The notes beneath the pieces were generated by a model. The model was not told the origin of the DNA. It did no database searches and was given only the letters and a program-made list of their open reading frames with translations. Shown here piece after piece: positions 27,458-35,649 of a stretch of 40,562 nt of DNA. The translations under genes were made by a program, and so were the position numbers. Source of the stretch: a virus (lineage: Duplodnaviria; Caudoviricetes); IMG/VR virus record IMGVR_UViG_3300022177_000053, positions 1-40,562 of that record. The stretch is one strand, 5' to 3'. Positions within the stretch are counted from its first letter, which is position 1. Each line of letters opens with the position of its first letter.

Positions 27458-27889
27458 TTAGGCGGCCTCCCGCCAGCGCGCCCGCCAGCGGCGGATGGTT
27501 TCGGAGCTGACCTGGAGCCGCTGGGCTATGGCGCGGTCGTCCAGGCCGGCCAGAGCCAGCAGGCACAGCAGGACATAACGGCGCGGGTCCAGGCTGGACT
27601 TGCTCAGGGCGGTGTTGGTCAGGGGGGTGCACCAGCGGCCGCAGTCCGGGCAGCGCAGGCGGCCCAGGGCTTGCCAGGTGGCGGCCTGGGCCGGGCTGGT
27701 CAAGGCTTGGCCACACCAGCGGCAATGCGGACCCTGGGGGTGCAGGGCTTGCAGGAGCCAGGCGTGGCAGGAATGGCTATCAAACCAGCCATCCCCCAGG
27801 GCCGCCAGGACCGCCCCGGGCAAGGGCGGGGCTGGCTTGCCGTTGGGGTGGCTTGCGCTAACTAGTGCTGTAGACTTGGTAAATTCCAT
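27458..27889 (-). CDS. Zn-ribbon plus HTH protein (resembles the IS1595 transposase N-terminus, no DDE domain)
   Basis: 'LHPQGPHCRWCG...LRCPDCGR...LTNT' and C-terminal 'RAIAQRLQVSSETIRRWR'. Confidence 0.65.
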   Translation of the reverse strand: MEFTKSTALVSASHPNGKPAPPLPGAVLAALGDGWFDSHSCHAWLLQALHPQGPHCRWCGQALTSPAQAATWQALGRLRCPDCGRWCTPLTNTALSKSSLDPRRYVLLCLLALAGLDDRAIAQRLQVSSETIRRWRARWREAA

Positions 27890-27930
27890 TTTTCCAACCC
27901 AGTTTTCATCTCAACCCTGGCCGTCCACCG

Positions 27931-27973
27931 GGGTCTTCCCGACCCGCTAGGGCCACCCCCCGGGGAAGGACCC
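27931..27973 (-). other. Candidate cos site (cosQ-like and cosN-like elements)
   Basis: GGGTCCT (identical to lambda cosQ) at 27973-27967, then 21 nt later the hyphenated palindrome GGGTC-GGGAA-GACCC; upstream of the terminase genes. Confidence 0.6.
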
Positions 27974-28150
27974 GCCGCCGGCCGCCGCCGGCCCGGTCGG
28001 GCCGCGCCCCGCCCCACCCCGCCGCTTATTCGGGGCTTGACCCCGCTCGATTCGCTCCCGTCTTGCGTCCGCCAGGCTGGCCTGGTCGGTTGGCGTCCCG
28101 TCAGGCCTCATGAATGCTTGCCTTGCACCCCTTCATGACGCCTTTGGCCT

Positions 28151-29125
28151 TTATTCCCGCCGGACCTCCAGGCGGTTGGCCTTGCGCCAGGCCTCTGCGG
28201 AGCGGATCAGCATGGACGCCCACCACCCGGCCGGGTTGTCCAGGTCCTTGCGCCGGGTGCGGTGCATCCGCCAGACCTGGTCAAAGACCTCGTTCAGCCC
28301 CGCCGCGCTCAGGCCGCACAGGGCCTCCAGGAGGGTCCGGTTCAGCTCCGGCCGCTCCCAGGCGTCAATCCGCCCCAGGTGATGCCGGGCGGCCTGCTCC
28401 CGGCGCAGACGCTCCGGGCTTTGACCAACAGTAACAGCAGCGCCTTTACCGGAAGGCGCGGACGGGCCATCCACGCCGGGCCTGATTGGCACGACATTTG
28501 CGCTTTTGTTGTTGTTGGTACGTAATAAAAAACCAGGAGAGTCAAGAGAAGAGCCTTGGTTACTAGGCTTATCTAGAAACAACTCTTGTTCCTTTAAGGG
28601 GGGTCCAGGGGGGGACGAAAATTCGCCCGCCAAACGGCCATTTTTGGCCGGAAAATCCGCGTGTGACCTGCCAAATTTGGCCGCATCCTGGTCTTGTGAC
28701 CTGCCACTTTTGGCAGGTGACTCGTCGTTTCGCGGGTGACCTGCCATTTTTGGCAGATCACTTTGCGCCTCGGGTGACCTGCCATTTTTGGCCGGAAGTC
28801 CGCCGCCCGGCCCGTCCGGCCGCCAGAGGCTGATGACCGCCGTGAAGGCGTGGCTTTCGCGGAAGGTGTTGAGGTAGCCCGCGTCCCGGAGTTGAGCCAG
28901 GTGGCGGCGCACGGTGCGCTCGGGCAGGCCCAGGGCCGCGCACAGCTCCTCCACCCGCACCGGGGAGCCGTCCCGCACCTCGCGGCTGTAGGGGCCGCCG
29001 GCCGGGTCGGTTTGGTTCCAGAGCCAGAGGAACACCCAAACCGCCCCGCCCATGCGGGTCAGGTGCTCCGGGCTCAGGAGCCAGGCGGGCAAGGTCAGGC
29101 TGTCGGGCCTGGGCGCGGGTTCCAA
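28151..29125 (-). CDS. Replication initiator (N-terminal wHTH)
   Basis: 'AVWVFLWL...VEELCAALGLPERTVRRHLAQLRDAGYL', central repeats, C-terminal 'DNPAGW'; start uncertain (TTG 29125 or ATG 29053). Confidence 0.75.
   Translation of the reverse strand: MEPAPRPDSLTLPAWLLSPEHLTRMGGAVWVFLWLWNQTDPAGGPYSREVRDGSPVRVEELCAALGLPERTVRRHLAQLRDAGYLNTFRESHAFTAVISLWRPDGPGGGLPAKNGRSPEAQSDLPKMAGHPRNDESPAKSGRSQDQDAAKFGRSHADFPAKNGRLAGEFSSPPGPPLKEQELFLDKPSNQGSSLDSPGFLLRTNNNKSANVVPIRPGVDGPSAPSGKGAAVTVGQSPERLRREQAARHHLGRIDAWERPELNRTLLEALCGLSAAGLNEVFDQVWRMHRTRRKDLDNPAGWWASMLIRSAEAWRKANRLEVRRE
28636..28797. repeat. Iterons of the phage replication origin
   Basis: GTGACCTGCCA-NN-TTTGGC at 28663, 28696, 28736 and 28774 plus a partial copy at 28636; next to an AT-rich tract at about 28500-28600. 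Confidence 0.8.
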
Positions 29126-29207
29126 GACGCTATCATCCCTCCACGCGGCGGGTATGCCGGCTGGGCCTGGAGTGTGCTACCATGCGACCGCCCCCAAGGA
29201 GAGCGGC

Positions 29208-29576
29208 ATGGGCCAAGATCAAATCCCCGATCCGATGGCTTACCCCCTTGAGTTGCGCCGCTTGAGCGAAGACGAAGGCGGGGGTTGGCTGATCACCTTC
29301 CCCGACCTTCCCGGCTGCATGAGCGATGGCGAAACCATTGAACAGGCCATCGAAAGCGGCAAGGACGCCTTTCGTTCTTGGGTTATGACAGCCCTGGAAT
29401 TTGGCGACCCCATTCCCCAGCCCGCGTCCCAGGCATCCATCAGTGTGAAAATCCAAATGCCTCAAGACCTGCACGAGGCCTTGAGCGCCTGGACCAAGGT
29501 GGAATCCGCCAGCCACGCCTCCCCCAGCCTGGTATTGATCTCCCAAGGCTCCAGGCTGACAAGGCGCAAGCCTTAG
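29208..29576 (+). CDS. hicB: HicB-family antitoxin (orphan)
   Basis: 'EGGGWLITFPDLPGCMSDGETIEQAI...GDPIPQP' plus a degenerate RHH; AAGGAG RBS. Confidence 0.85.
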   Translation: MGQDQIPDPMAYPLELRRLSEDEGGGWLITFPDLPGCMSDGETIEQAIESGKDAFRSWVMTALEFGDPIPQPASQASISVKIQMPQDLHEALSAWTKVESASHASPSLVLISQGSRLTRRKP

Positions 29577-29613
29577 CTTCCTGGCCTTCACCGCAAGGGC
29601 TCCCCTGCTCAAG

Positions 29614-29644
29614 CCCCCCGGCGCGGGCAGGCCACGCCGGGGGG
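29614..29644. terminator. GC hairpin between convergent hicB and the peptide gene
   Basis: CCCCCCGGCG...CGCCGGGGGG 10-bp stem. Confidence 0.6.
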
Positions 29645-29655
29645 TCTCCGCGGGG

Positions 29656-29766
29656 CTAGCCGCCCCAGGTCTTGGTGCGCAGGTGGTTCTTCTCGGCCGT
29701 GGTGGTCTTGCCACGCTTGGCCCGGATGAACTTCCCGCCTTTCCAATGCCCGCCACCTTCCGCCAT
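29656..29766 (-). CDS. 36-aa basic peptide MAEGGGHWKGGKFIRAKRGKTTTAEKNHLRTKTWGG
   Basis: AAAGGAG RBS 6 nt before the ATG, 12 nt after the radical SAM stop; GC3-rich codons; followed by a hairpin. Below the ORF-track size cutoff. Confidence 0.7.
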   Translation of the reverse strand: MAEGGGHWKGGKFIRAKRGKTTTAEKNHLRTKTWGG

Positions 29767-29778
29767 GGCTGTCTCCTT

Positions 29779-30993
29779 TCAGTGCAGGTGGGTTGTCGCC
29801 AGGGCCAGGGGCAGGGACAGGCTGTCACCATGCCCGGGCGCATAGATCATCACGTCCCGCCCCTGGTTGTCCGCCACGATGGTGTTTGGCCCGGCCAGGG
29901 CCAGGTAGAAGTCGTCATGCCCCAGCGGGGAGGGGAAGTCCAAAACCCGCCATTGCCAGGCGTGGACCTCCCGGAAGCTCTTGGCGTTGGCGCTTTGACC
30001 GGTGTTGCGGATGCTGCGGCCGATGTTGTTGAGGTAGTCCTTGCAGGCGCTCCCCCGGAAGTCCGGGGCGGGGTTGGCCCAGCGATCGAAGTAGTCAAAG
30101 CCGAAGGCCACCGGCTGGCCCCCGCCCGCCTCCCGTAGGTGATCCAGGAAGCCCTCCAAGGTGGGGAAGGCCGGCAGGCCCAGCCCGAAATAGGGCCGCC
30201 AGAAGCCGCCCCCCCGGCTGCACCCACCCTGGAAGACGTTGATCCCGGCCGCGTCCAGCTCGTCCAGCACCGCCTGGAGGGCCGGGCGGTCGGGCTTGTC
30301 CGCCTTCTGGGCGTAGGCCACGGTCTGGGCGTCGCGCTCCCGGCGGCGGGGGGAGAGGTTGGCCACCTGGAAGCGGTTCAGGTGCAGGGTGCCAAACCAG
30401 ACATGCCGGAAACCGCCGTCCGCCAGGCGGGCCACCAGGGCGGCCGGATCGCGCCACCAGGGCAGATAGAAGGGGTTCAGCCCCACCACCACGAAATGCC
30501 CGGCCTCCCGCGCGGCCTGGATCAACTCCAGGCGTTCGGCAAAGCCCGGCGCGCCGGGTTCGTTGCGGCGGATCAAGTCCTCCTGGTCGCTGGTCAGCGA
30601 GACATAGACCATGGTCGGCCGGGCCGCGCTGGTCAGGGTGGGCAGGGCCGCCTTGCCGCCCCGGGTCTGGATGCAAATGGGGATGCCGGCGTCCTGGCAC
30701 AGGTGCCAGAAGGGCTCGAACTTGGGCCAGCAGGCGGCCGAAAAGGGATCGCTGGTGTTGCTGACCAGGATGGGGTGGCCGCTCAGCAGGAAGCGCTTGA
30801 CCAGGCTGGCCCCGGGCGGGGCCTTGCGCAGATAGGCATTGATGGCGGCCTTGAGCGGGCCGTAGTCGGCAATGCGATTCGGGTTGTTCAGGCGGGAAAA
30901 GCACCACCAGCAGACGTGGGAACACAGGTCCAGGTCCAGGTGCAGCGGCACCGGGGATACCAGGTACTCGCCCGTATAGGTCCTAAGCGACAT
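29779..30993 (-). CDS. Radical SAM enzyme, spore photoproduct lyase-like family
   Basis: CxxxCxxC 'CSHVCWWC', 'SNTSDPF', 'IQTRG', 'EPGAP...RLELI'. Confidence 0.85.
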   Translation of the reverse strand: MSLRTYTGEYLVSPVPLHLDLDLCSHVCWWCFSRLNNPNRIADYGPLKAAINAYLRKAPPGASLVKRFLLSGHPILVSNTSDPFSAACWPKFEPFWHLCQDAGIPICIQTRGGKAALPTLTSAARPTMVYVSLTSDQEDLIRRNEPGAPGFAERLELIQAAREAGHFVVVGLNPFYLPWWRDPAALVARLADGGFRHVWFGTLHLNRFQVANLSPRRRERDAQTVAYAQKADKPDRPALQAVLDELDAAGINVFQGGCSRGGGFWRPYFGLGLPAFPTLEGFLDHLREAGGGQPVAFGFDYFDRWANPAPDFRGSACKDYLNNIGRSIRNTGQSANAKSFREVHAWQWRVLDFPSPLGHDDFYLALAGPNTIVADNQGRDVMIYAPGHGDSLSLPLALATTHLH

Positions 30994-31633
30994 CGGTGAT
31001 CAGCTCCAGGATGTAGGCTTTGTCGGTGAGTCCATTCTTGAGCTGGGACCAGCGGCGATGCTCCTCGCTGGTCAGCAGGGCTTGCACCAGGAATTGATGC
31101 TGGGGCGGGGCCGGCGGGGAGGGCGCGGGATCTTCGGCGCCACCTTCCCGCGCGGCCTTGGACGCGGGCGGGAGCGGCTCGGGCGCGTTGCCCAGGAGCT
31201 CCTGGAGCTCATCCACCATGAAGCCGGTCAGGGTCAGGTCAAAATCCAGGCCGCCCACCTCGGCCAGCAGCGCCTTCAACCCCTCGTCCTCGAACTCGCC
31301 CCCGTGCTGGTTGGCGGCCACATTGGCGGCCTTTTCCTTGGCCTCGGGCCAGTCCACCTCACGATAGGCCCAGCGGCCCCAGGGCGTATCCACGTAGCCC
31401 ATGGCCACGGTGCCCACCTGGTCGGCATGGGCCTCGGACACGATGGGCCAGGACTTGTCCAGGTTCTTGGCCCGCTGGTGGCCACCCACCAGCGGGCCGG
31501 TGCGGCGGTTGTAGACGATGCCCGACAAATCGCCGAACTCGGCCATGGCCCGGGCCAGGGCCTGGAGCTGGTCCCGGCTGATGCGCCGGGGGTTGTAGGC
31601 GGCGGGCTTGAGCCCGTCAACGCGCTGGGGCAT
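30983..31633 (-). CDS. ParB/Srx N-terminal domain protein
   Basis: 'LKPAAYNPRRI', 'EFG...IVYNRRTG.LVGGHQR', 'EKAANVAAN', 'LTGF'. Confidence 0.85.
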   Translation of the reverse strand: MPQRVDGLKPAAYNPRRISRDQLQALARAMAEFGDLSGIVYNRRTGPLVGGHQRAKNLDKSWPIVSEAHADQVGTVAMGYVDTPWGRWAYREVDWPEAKEKAANVAANQHGGEFEDEGLKALLAEVGGLDFDLTLTGFMVDELQELLGNAPEPLPPASKAAREGGAEDPAPSPPAPPQHQFLVQALLTSEEHRRWSQLKNGLTDKAYILELITDVA

Positions 31634-31686
31634 GGCAAGGACTCCCGATGCTGGCTTATGCTTCCTGGTGTTGGGTTGGCCGGGCC

Positions 31687-32799
31687 TCAGGGATGCATGG
31701 GCATGATCAGGAACACAACCCCCGGATCGCCCTGGCCGGTGATGACCAGGGGGTAAAAGCCGTCGTTCAGACCCAGCTCCACTTCATCGCTGCGCAGGTG
31801 CTCCAGGGCGTCCAGCAGGTAGTGGGCGTCCAGGCAAATCTTGATGGCCTGGCCGCAGGTGGCCTCCAGCTTCTCCAGACCGTCGCCGATCTCCGTCCCA
31901 GAGGCGCGCACGGCCAAGGCCTCGGGCGCTAGCTCCAGGTCCAGGGCGTTGAGCTGGTTGGCCATGATCGCCACCCGGCGCACCGCCGCCACCAGCTCCG
32001 GCCGGCGCACGCTGGCCTTGATGGGGCTGGCCTTGGGGATGGCCACCTTGTAGTCCGGGTAGCCGCTCTCGATGTCCAGGCGCACCATCACCTGGCGGCC
32101 GTCCCTGACCAGGGCCGCCAGGTCCTTGCTGAGGCGCAGCTCGACCTCGCCGGACTTGCGGCCCAGCAGGGTGCGCATGGCCAGCACTCCATCCCGGGGG
32201 ATCAGGTAGCGCGCGCCTGCCAGGTCCGCGCCAGCGCTGTTGGCCTTGTCCAGCAGGGTCAGACGGTGGCCGTCGGTGGAGACGAAGCGCAGCTTGGGTT
32301 CCTCGCCCGGGGCGGCCTCCAGGAGGGTGCAGCGCAGGTTGAAGCGCTTGTCATCGCCGCTGATGGAGATGCCCACAGTGTCCAGGACCTCGTCCAGGGC
32401 CTCGCCATCCCAGCGCAGGGTTTTGGGGTCCTTGAGCTCCGGCGGGGCGGGGAAGGTCTCGGGGTCCATGGTGGCCAGGTGGTAGGTGGCCCCGGCTCCG
32501 GGCAGCTCCAGGCGCAGGCGGTCGCCATTGAGGCTCAGCACCACCCAATCGCCCACCGCGGCGCGGGCCAGCTCGGAGAGCTTCTGGGCCGGCACCAGCA
32601 CCGCGCCGGGCAACTCGACCTGGGCCTCCACCCAGCCCTGATGGCGGACCTCCAGGTTGGTGGCGGCCACGGTCAGGCGGTCGCCGCTGGCCTCCAGGTG
32701 CAGTTGGCCCAGGACCGGCAGGGTGGTGCGGCTGATGGAGGCCTTGGCGGCCCAGGCCACCAGGCCGGCGAAGGCCTCCCGGTTCACGCTAAGCCGCAT
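31687..32799 (-). CDS. dnaN: DNA polymerase III beta sliding clamp
   Basis: 370 aa; 'TLPVL', 'ATNLE', 'VSTDGHRL', 'YPDY', 'LIMPM'. Confidence 0.92.
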   Translation of the reverse strand: MRLSVNREAFAGLVAWAAKASISRTTLPVLGQLHLEASGDRLTVAATNLEVRHQGWVEAQVELPGAVLVPAQKLSELARAAVGDWVVLSLNGDRLRLELPGAGATYHLATMDPETFPAPPELKDPKTLRWDGEALDEVLDTVGISISGDDKRFNLRCTLLEAAPGEEPKLRFVSTDGHRLTLLDKANSAGADLAGARYLIPRDGVLAMRTLLGRKSGEVELRLSKDLAALVRDGRQVMVRLDIESGYPDYKVAIPKASPIKASVRRPELVAAVRRVAIMANQLNALDLELAPEALAVRASGTEIGDGLEKLEATCGQAIKICLDAHYLLDALEHLRSDEVELGLNDGFYPLVITGQGDPGVVFLIMPMHP

Positions 32800-33094
32800 C
32801 TTGCTTGTCCTCCCGAGGCTGGCGGGGCTCCCAATAGCCGCCCAGGAGCATCAACTCATCGCCCAAGCGGGAGGCCGGCTCGAAGCAAGAGCGCTGCAAC
32901 TGCGTGGCCAGCTCCGTGCGCAGGGTGTCCGCGTTGAGTCCCACGTCCTCGATGTCCAGGCCGCACTCGTCGCAGGTGCAGCCCTCGCAGGCTTCATCGG
33001 AAATGGCCGCCGCTTCGCTGGTGTCGCAAACATCCTGCAGGGCGTGCCACAGCTCCAGGGCCAATTCCCGGGTCTCGGCTTTGTCCATGGCCAA
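32789..33094 (-). CDS. Hypothetical acidic Cys-rich protein
   Basis: AAGGAG RBS; 'CEGCTCDEC'; overlaps the dnaN start. Confidence 0.55.
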   Translation of the reverse strand: MAMDKAETRELALELWHALQDVCDTSEAAAISDEACEGCTCDECGLDIEDVGLNADTLRTELATQLQRSCFEPASRLGDELMLLGGYWEPRQPREDKQDAA

Positions 33095-33115
33095 CTCCTT
33101 TGCCGGCGCGGGGGC

Positions 33116-33442
33116 TCACGCCCACGGCCAGTGCTTCCAGGCGCCCAGGCCCCAGCCCAGGCAGTACCAAAGGCTCAGGAACAGCATTCCCCACTGCCGC
33201 GCCCGCCAGGTCTCCAGCACCCAAAAGGGCTGGCTGGCCAGGCCCAGCAGGAAACCCCAGGAGCGAAGCTGGCCGTCGCGCGCCACCAGGATGATGGCGG
33301 CCCCGCCCAGCAGCGCGATCAGGGCTTGGAAGATCCAGCGCCAGACCCGGCGGGAGGGGCGCAGACCGGACCGGACGGGAGGAAAGACGCCCGGCCCGGC
33401 CTGCGGTTGGGGGGAGGGGGGGAGTGGGGTCGTGGGAATCAT
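33116..33442 (-). CDS. Small membrane protein (about 3 TM segments, PnuC-half-like)
   Basis: Three hydrophobic segments; 'WGFLLGLASQPFW...QWGMLFLSLWY'. Confidence 0.55.
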   Translation of the reverse strand: MIPTTPLPPSPQPQAGPGVFPPVRSGLRPSRRVWRWIFQALIALLGGAAIILVARDGQLRSWGFLLGLASQPFWVLETWRARQWGMLFLSLWYCLGWGLGAWKHWPWA

Positions 33443-33445
33443 GAT

Positions 33446-33817
33446 TCACGCCGCCTGGGCCAGCCAGGCCGGGCGGGGGTTGCGCAGAACCCAGCGCCAG
33501 CCCGAGGCCAAGCCCTGGCGCTCGCGCCAGCCGTATTCGCAGGCGATGAGCGTCGCCTCGCCCATCGGGCCGGCCAGGAGATAATCCCAGGGAACCAGGC
33601 GGGCCAGGGGACCCAGGCCGCGTTTGCGGGCCATGCGGTCCAGGTGGGCCAGGGCCCCGGTCAGGTCGTTGCCCGCCCGCTCCTGCACGATGGCCAGCGG
33701 CGCGGGCAGGATCAGATTGCTAGGCGTGGCCTGGTGGTGGTGCCAGCCGTCCAGCAGGCCCAGCACCAGGCCCAGGCCCCAGGGCGAAGGCACGGTCAGG
33801 GTCAGGGGTTCAGGCAT
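33446..33817 (-). CDS. Divergent ASCH-like protein
   Basis: N-terminal 'LTVPSPWG' and C-terminal 'WRWVLRNPRP' resemble ASCH, but the GxK motif is not evident. Confidence 0.45.
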   Translation of the reverse strand: MPEPLTLTVPSPWGLGLVLGLLDGWHHHQATPSNLILPAPLAIVQERAGNDLTGALAHLDRMARKRGLGPLARLVPWDYLLAGPMGEATLIACEYGWRERQGLASGWRWVLRNPRPAWLAQAA

Positions 33818-34196
33818 GGTCCACCCCCAGGGGCGCGGGTTCGGGAGTGGCGGCCCCAACCCCCGCGCCCGGGGGGAGGGGCGCGGGAGCCGGAGCCGCC
33901 GGGCAAGCCAGCTTCCAGGCCCGGGCCAGGCCCCGGGCGGTTTGGCGCAGGCCCAGGGCCAGGTAACGGCCCAGGCCTTGGGGCGCGGCCGGGGGATCAA
34001 CCGCAGGCACCAGGCCGCGCCGGGTGGCCGGGTCCAGGGGATCGGCCAAGGCCGGGTCTGGCTCGCCCGGCAGGGCTGGCCAATCGACGGCCGGCAGGCC
34101 TTTGGCGTAGCTCTCGCCCGGTGGCAACACCGGCCAGGACTGGCCAGGCACCAGGGGAGACGGCTGGAAAGGTTGCGGGTCATGCATCGCGGTCAC
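33810..34196 (-). CDS. Hypothetical early protein
   Basis: In-operon ORF overlapping the next start codon. Confidence 0.45.
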   Translation of the reverse strand: MTAMHDPQPFQPSPLVPGQSWPVLPPGESYAKGLPAVDWPALPGEPDPALADPLDPATRRGLVPAVDPPAAPQGLGRYLALGLRQTARGLARAWKLACPAAPAPAPLPPGAGVGAATPEPAPLGVDHA

Positions 34197-34222
34197 CTTG
34201 TTCCCCGGGCTTGGGGGAGGGG

Positions 34223-34257
34223 TCGGACGCCCATCCGAACCACCGCCCGCCCAGCCC
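34223..34257. repeat. 35-nt element shared with the integrase leader (copy A)
   Basis: TCGGACGCCCATCCGAACCACCGCCCGCCCAGCCC; 32/35 identical to 39230-39264. Confidence 0.9.
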
Positions 34258-34266
34258 TAGTGAGGG

Positions 34267-34761
34267 TTATTGATTGACCGGGCGCGAAACCCGGGACCCT
34301 TGCGAAACTCGTTGCTTGACCGCCAGCAGCACGGCGGCGCGCAAGGCGGCCAAGGCTTGGGCGGTGTCGCTGATCTCCTTGAGCGCGGCCTCGGGATCGT
34401 CCAGGCGGCCGTCGGCCAGGTCCCCGGCGATTTGCCCGATGACCTCCCCCATTTCCCGACCGGCACGGGCCAGGTGCTGCAACAGGGCGTTGCTGGAGAC
34501 GGGCAGGCGCGGCAGGGCGAAGGCCATGCGGCCCAGGGCGGATTCCATGTAGTCCAGGGCGGCGAAGTCGGCCGCGCGGTGGGTGATGTAGACGAAGGTG
34601 TCCAGGCCCAGCTTGGCCCCGGCGTCGTCCGGGAAGAGCTCGCGCGAGAGGGTCTTGTATTCCTTGCCCGCCGCTCGGGCCAACTCCCCCAGGGCCACCC
34701 CGGAGCGGTCGGGCATCTGGTGGAGCAGCTCCCACAGCACTTGGGGGTTGAACAGGTCCAT
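34267..34761 (-). CDS. Phage regulatory CII-like protein
   Basis: 'ELARAAGKEYKTLSRELFPDDAGAKLGLD', 'EMGEV...ADGRLD'; follows the cro-like gene. Confidence 0.75.
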   Translation of the reverse strand: MDLFNPQVLWELLHQMPDRSGVALGELARAAGKEYKTLSRELFPDDAGAKLGLDTFVYITHRAADFAALDYMESALGRMAFALPRLPVSSNALLQHLARAGREMGEVIGQIAGDLADGRLDDPEAALKEISDTAQALAALRAAVLLAVKQRVSQGSRVSRPVNQ

Positions 34762-35105
34762 TAGATTTCCGCCCCGCTATTCCAATTGCCGCTGGTGCTA
34801 GGCTGGGCCAAGCTGGGGTCATGGTTCGTTTGCGCTGCCAAATCAGCCGGCCAGATGTCCTCTTCCGCCACCCCGAAGGTCTGGGCGATGTCGCGCCGCA
34901 GGGCGGCCGAGTCGCGGCGGGAGCCGTTGATTACCTGGGACAGGTGGTTGCGGGTGCGCCCCAGGCGGCCGGCAAAGCGGCCAAGGTCCTCCCCGAAAAC
35001 CAACGCGGCCGCACACTTGACCTTTTCCGCCGGAGCGGCGGGAGACCGCTTGAGGATTGACCCTAGGGCGGGGTTATGGTTACAGTGTGTTGCGGTGGTA
35101 TTCAT
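34761..35105 (-). CDS. Cro/Ner-like HTH regulator
   Basis: 'FAGRLGRTRNHLSQVINGSR...IAQTFGVAEEDIWP'; divergent from the repressor. Confidence 0.75.
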   Translation of the reverse strand: MNTTATHCNHNPALGSILKRSPAAPAEKVKCAAALVFGEDLGRFAGRLGRTRNHLSQVINGSRRDSAALRRDIAQTFGVAEEDIWPADLAAQTNHDPSLAQPSTSGNWNSGAEI

Positions 35106-35131
35106 GGGATACCTCGGAAAGGGAGCGAATC

Positions 35132-35383
35132 ATGGGGGACCGGAAGCAATCGCTGTTGGCTGAGAAACTCGAAGCCAAGCACCAAGAGGAAGCGCAGGCT
35201 GAAGCCGAGCTGAAGCTAGCCTTGCTGCTCCATGCCGACGTGCTGGCCGAGCAAAATGGGTATCCCGGCCTCAGCGGCATGGATGCCTTGGTGCGCTATT
35301 TTGCGGACAAGTACCACTGGACGCCGGAGCAGACCCGCCGTCTGACGCTCGGGGACCTGAGCGCATTGCTTCAAGGCGTTTGA
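35132..35383 (+). CDS. Hypothetical 83-aa protein antisense to the early operon
   Basis: GGGAG RBS; helical protein-like sequence; candidate promoter TTGACC-N18-TACAGT at 35057-35086. Confidence 0.6.
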   Translation: MGDRKQSLLAEKLEAKHQEEAQAEAELKLALLLHADVLAEQNGYPGLSGMDALVRYFADKYHWTPEQTRRLTLGDLSALLQGV

Positions 35384-35534
35384 CCATCGTCTTTGTATTC
35401 CAGATTCGTGCGATGATCATGGCCAACTCGGGAGTGATGTCATTTTCTTCGCAGAAGCGTTGAAAAATGACCCCGATGTCCTCTTCAGCGTCCGGAGCCG
35501 GGCAGGCGCAAGGCTGAGGTTGGATTTGGTCCAT
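35271..35534 (-). CDS. Hypothetical first gene of the early operon
   Basis: GGAG upstream of the ATG; 3' end overlaps the plus-strand ORF by 113 nt. Confidence 0.4.
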   Translation of the reverse strand: MDQIQPQPCACPAPDAEEDIGVIFQRFCEENDITPELAMIIARIWNTKTMVKRLEAMRSGPRASDGGSAPASSGTCPQNSAPRHPCR

Positions 35535-35649
35535 GCTCTAGGCTCCAGATTGTGGCGTTGCGGGTTACGTTGCGTTGCTGGCAACAGTAATACCGCCAAT
35601 AGGTTATTTTGTGCAACACTTTTTTACCGTCTGATCATATTTGTGCTAA

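Noticed and set aside
27458-27889. Intact IS1595/IS1 insertion sequence
   Set aside because: No DDE domain, terminal inverted repeats or target duplication seen.
28636-28797. CRISPR mini-array
   Set aside because: Spacers are too short, the repeats lie inside a coding initiator gene, and no cas genes are present; iterons explain them.
29052-29207. hicA toxin upstream of hicB
   Set aside because: No ORF of suitable size or with the HicA GSH motif; the region is the start of the divergent replication gene.
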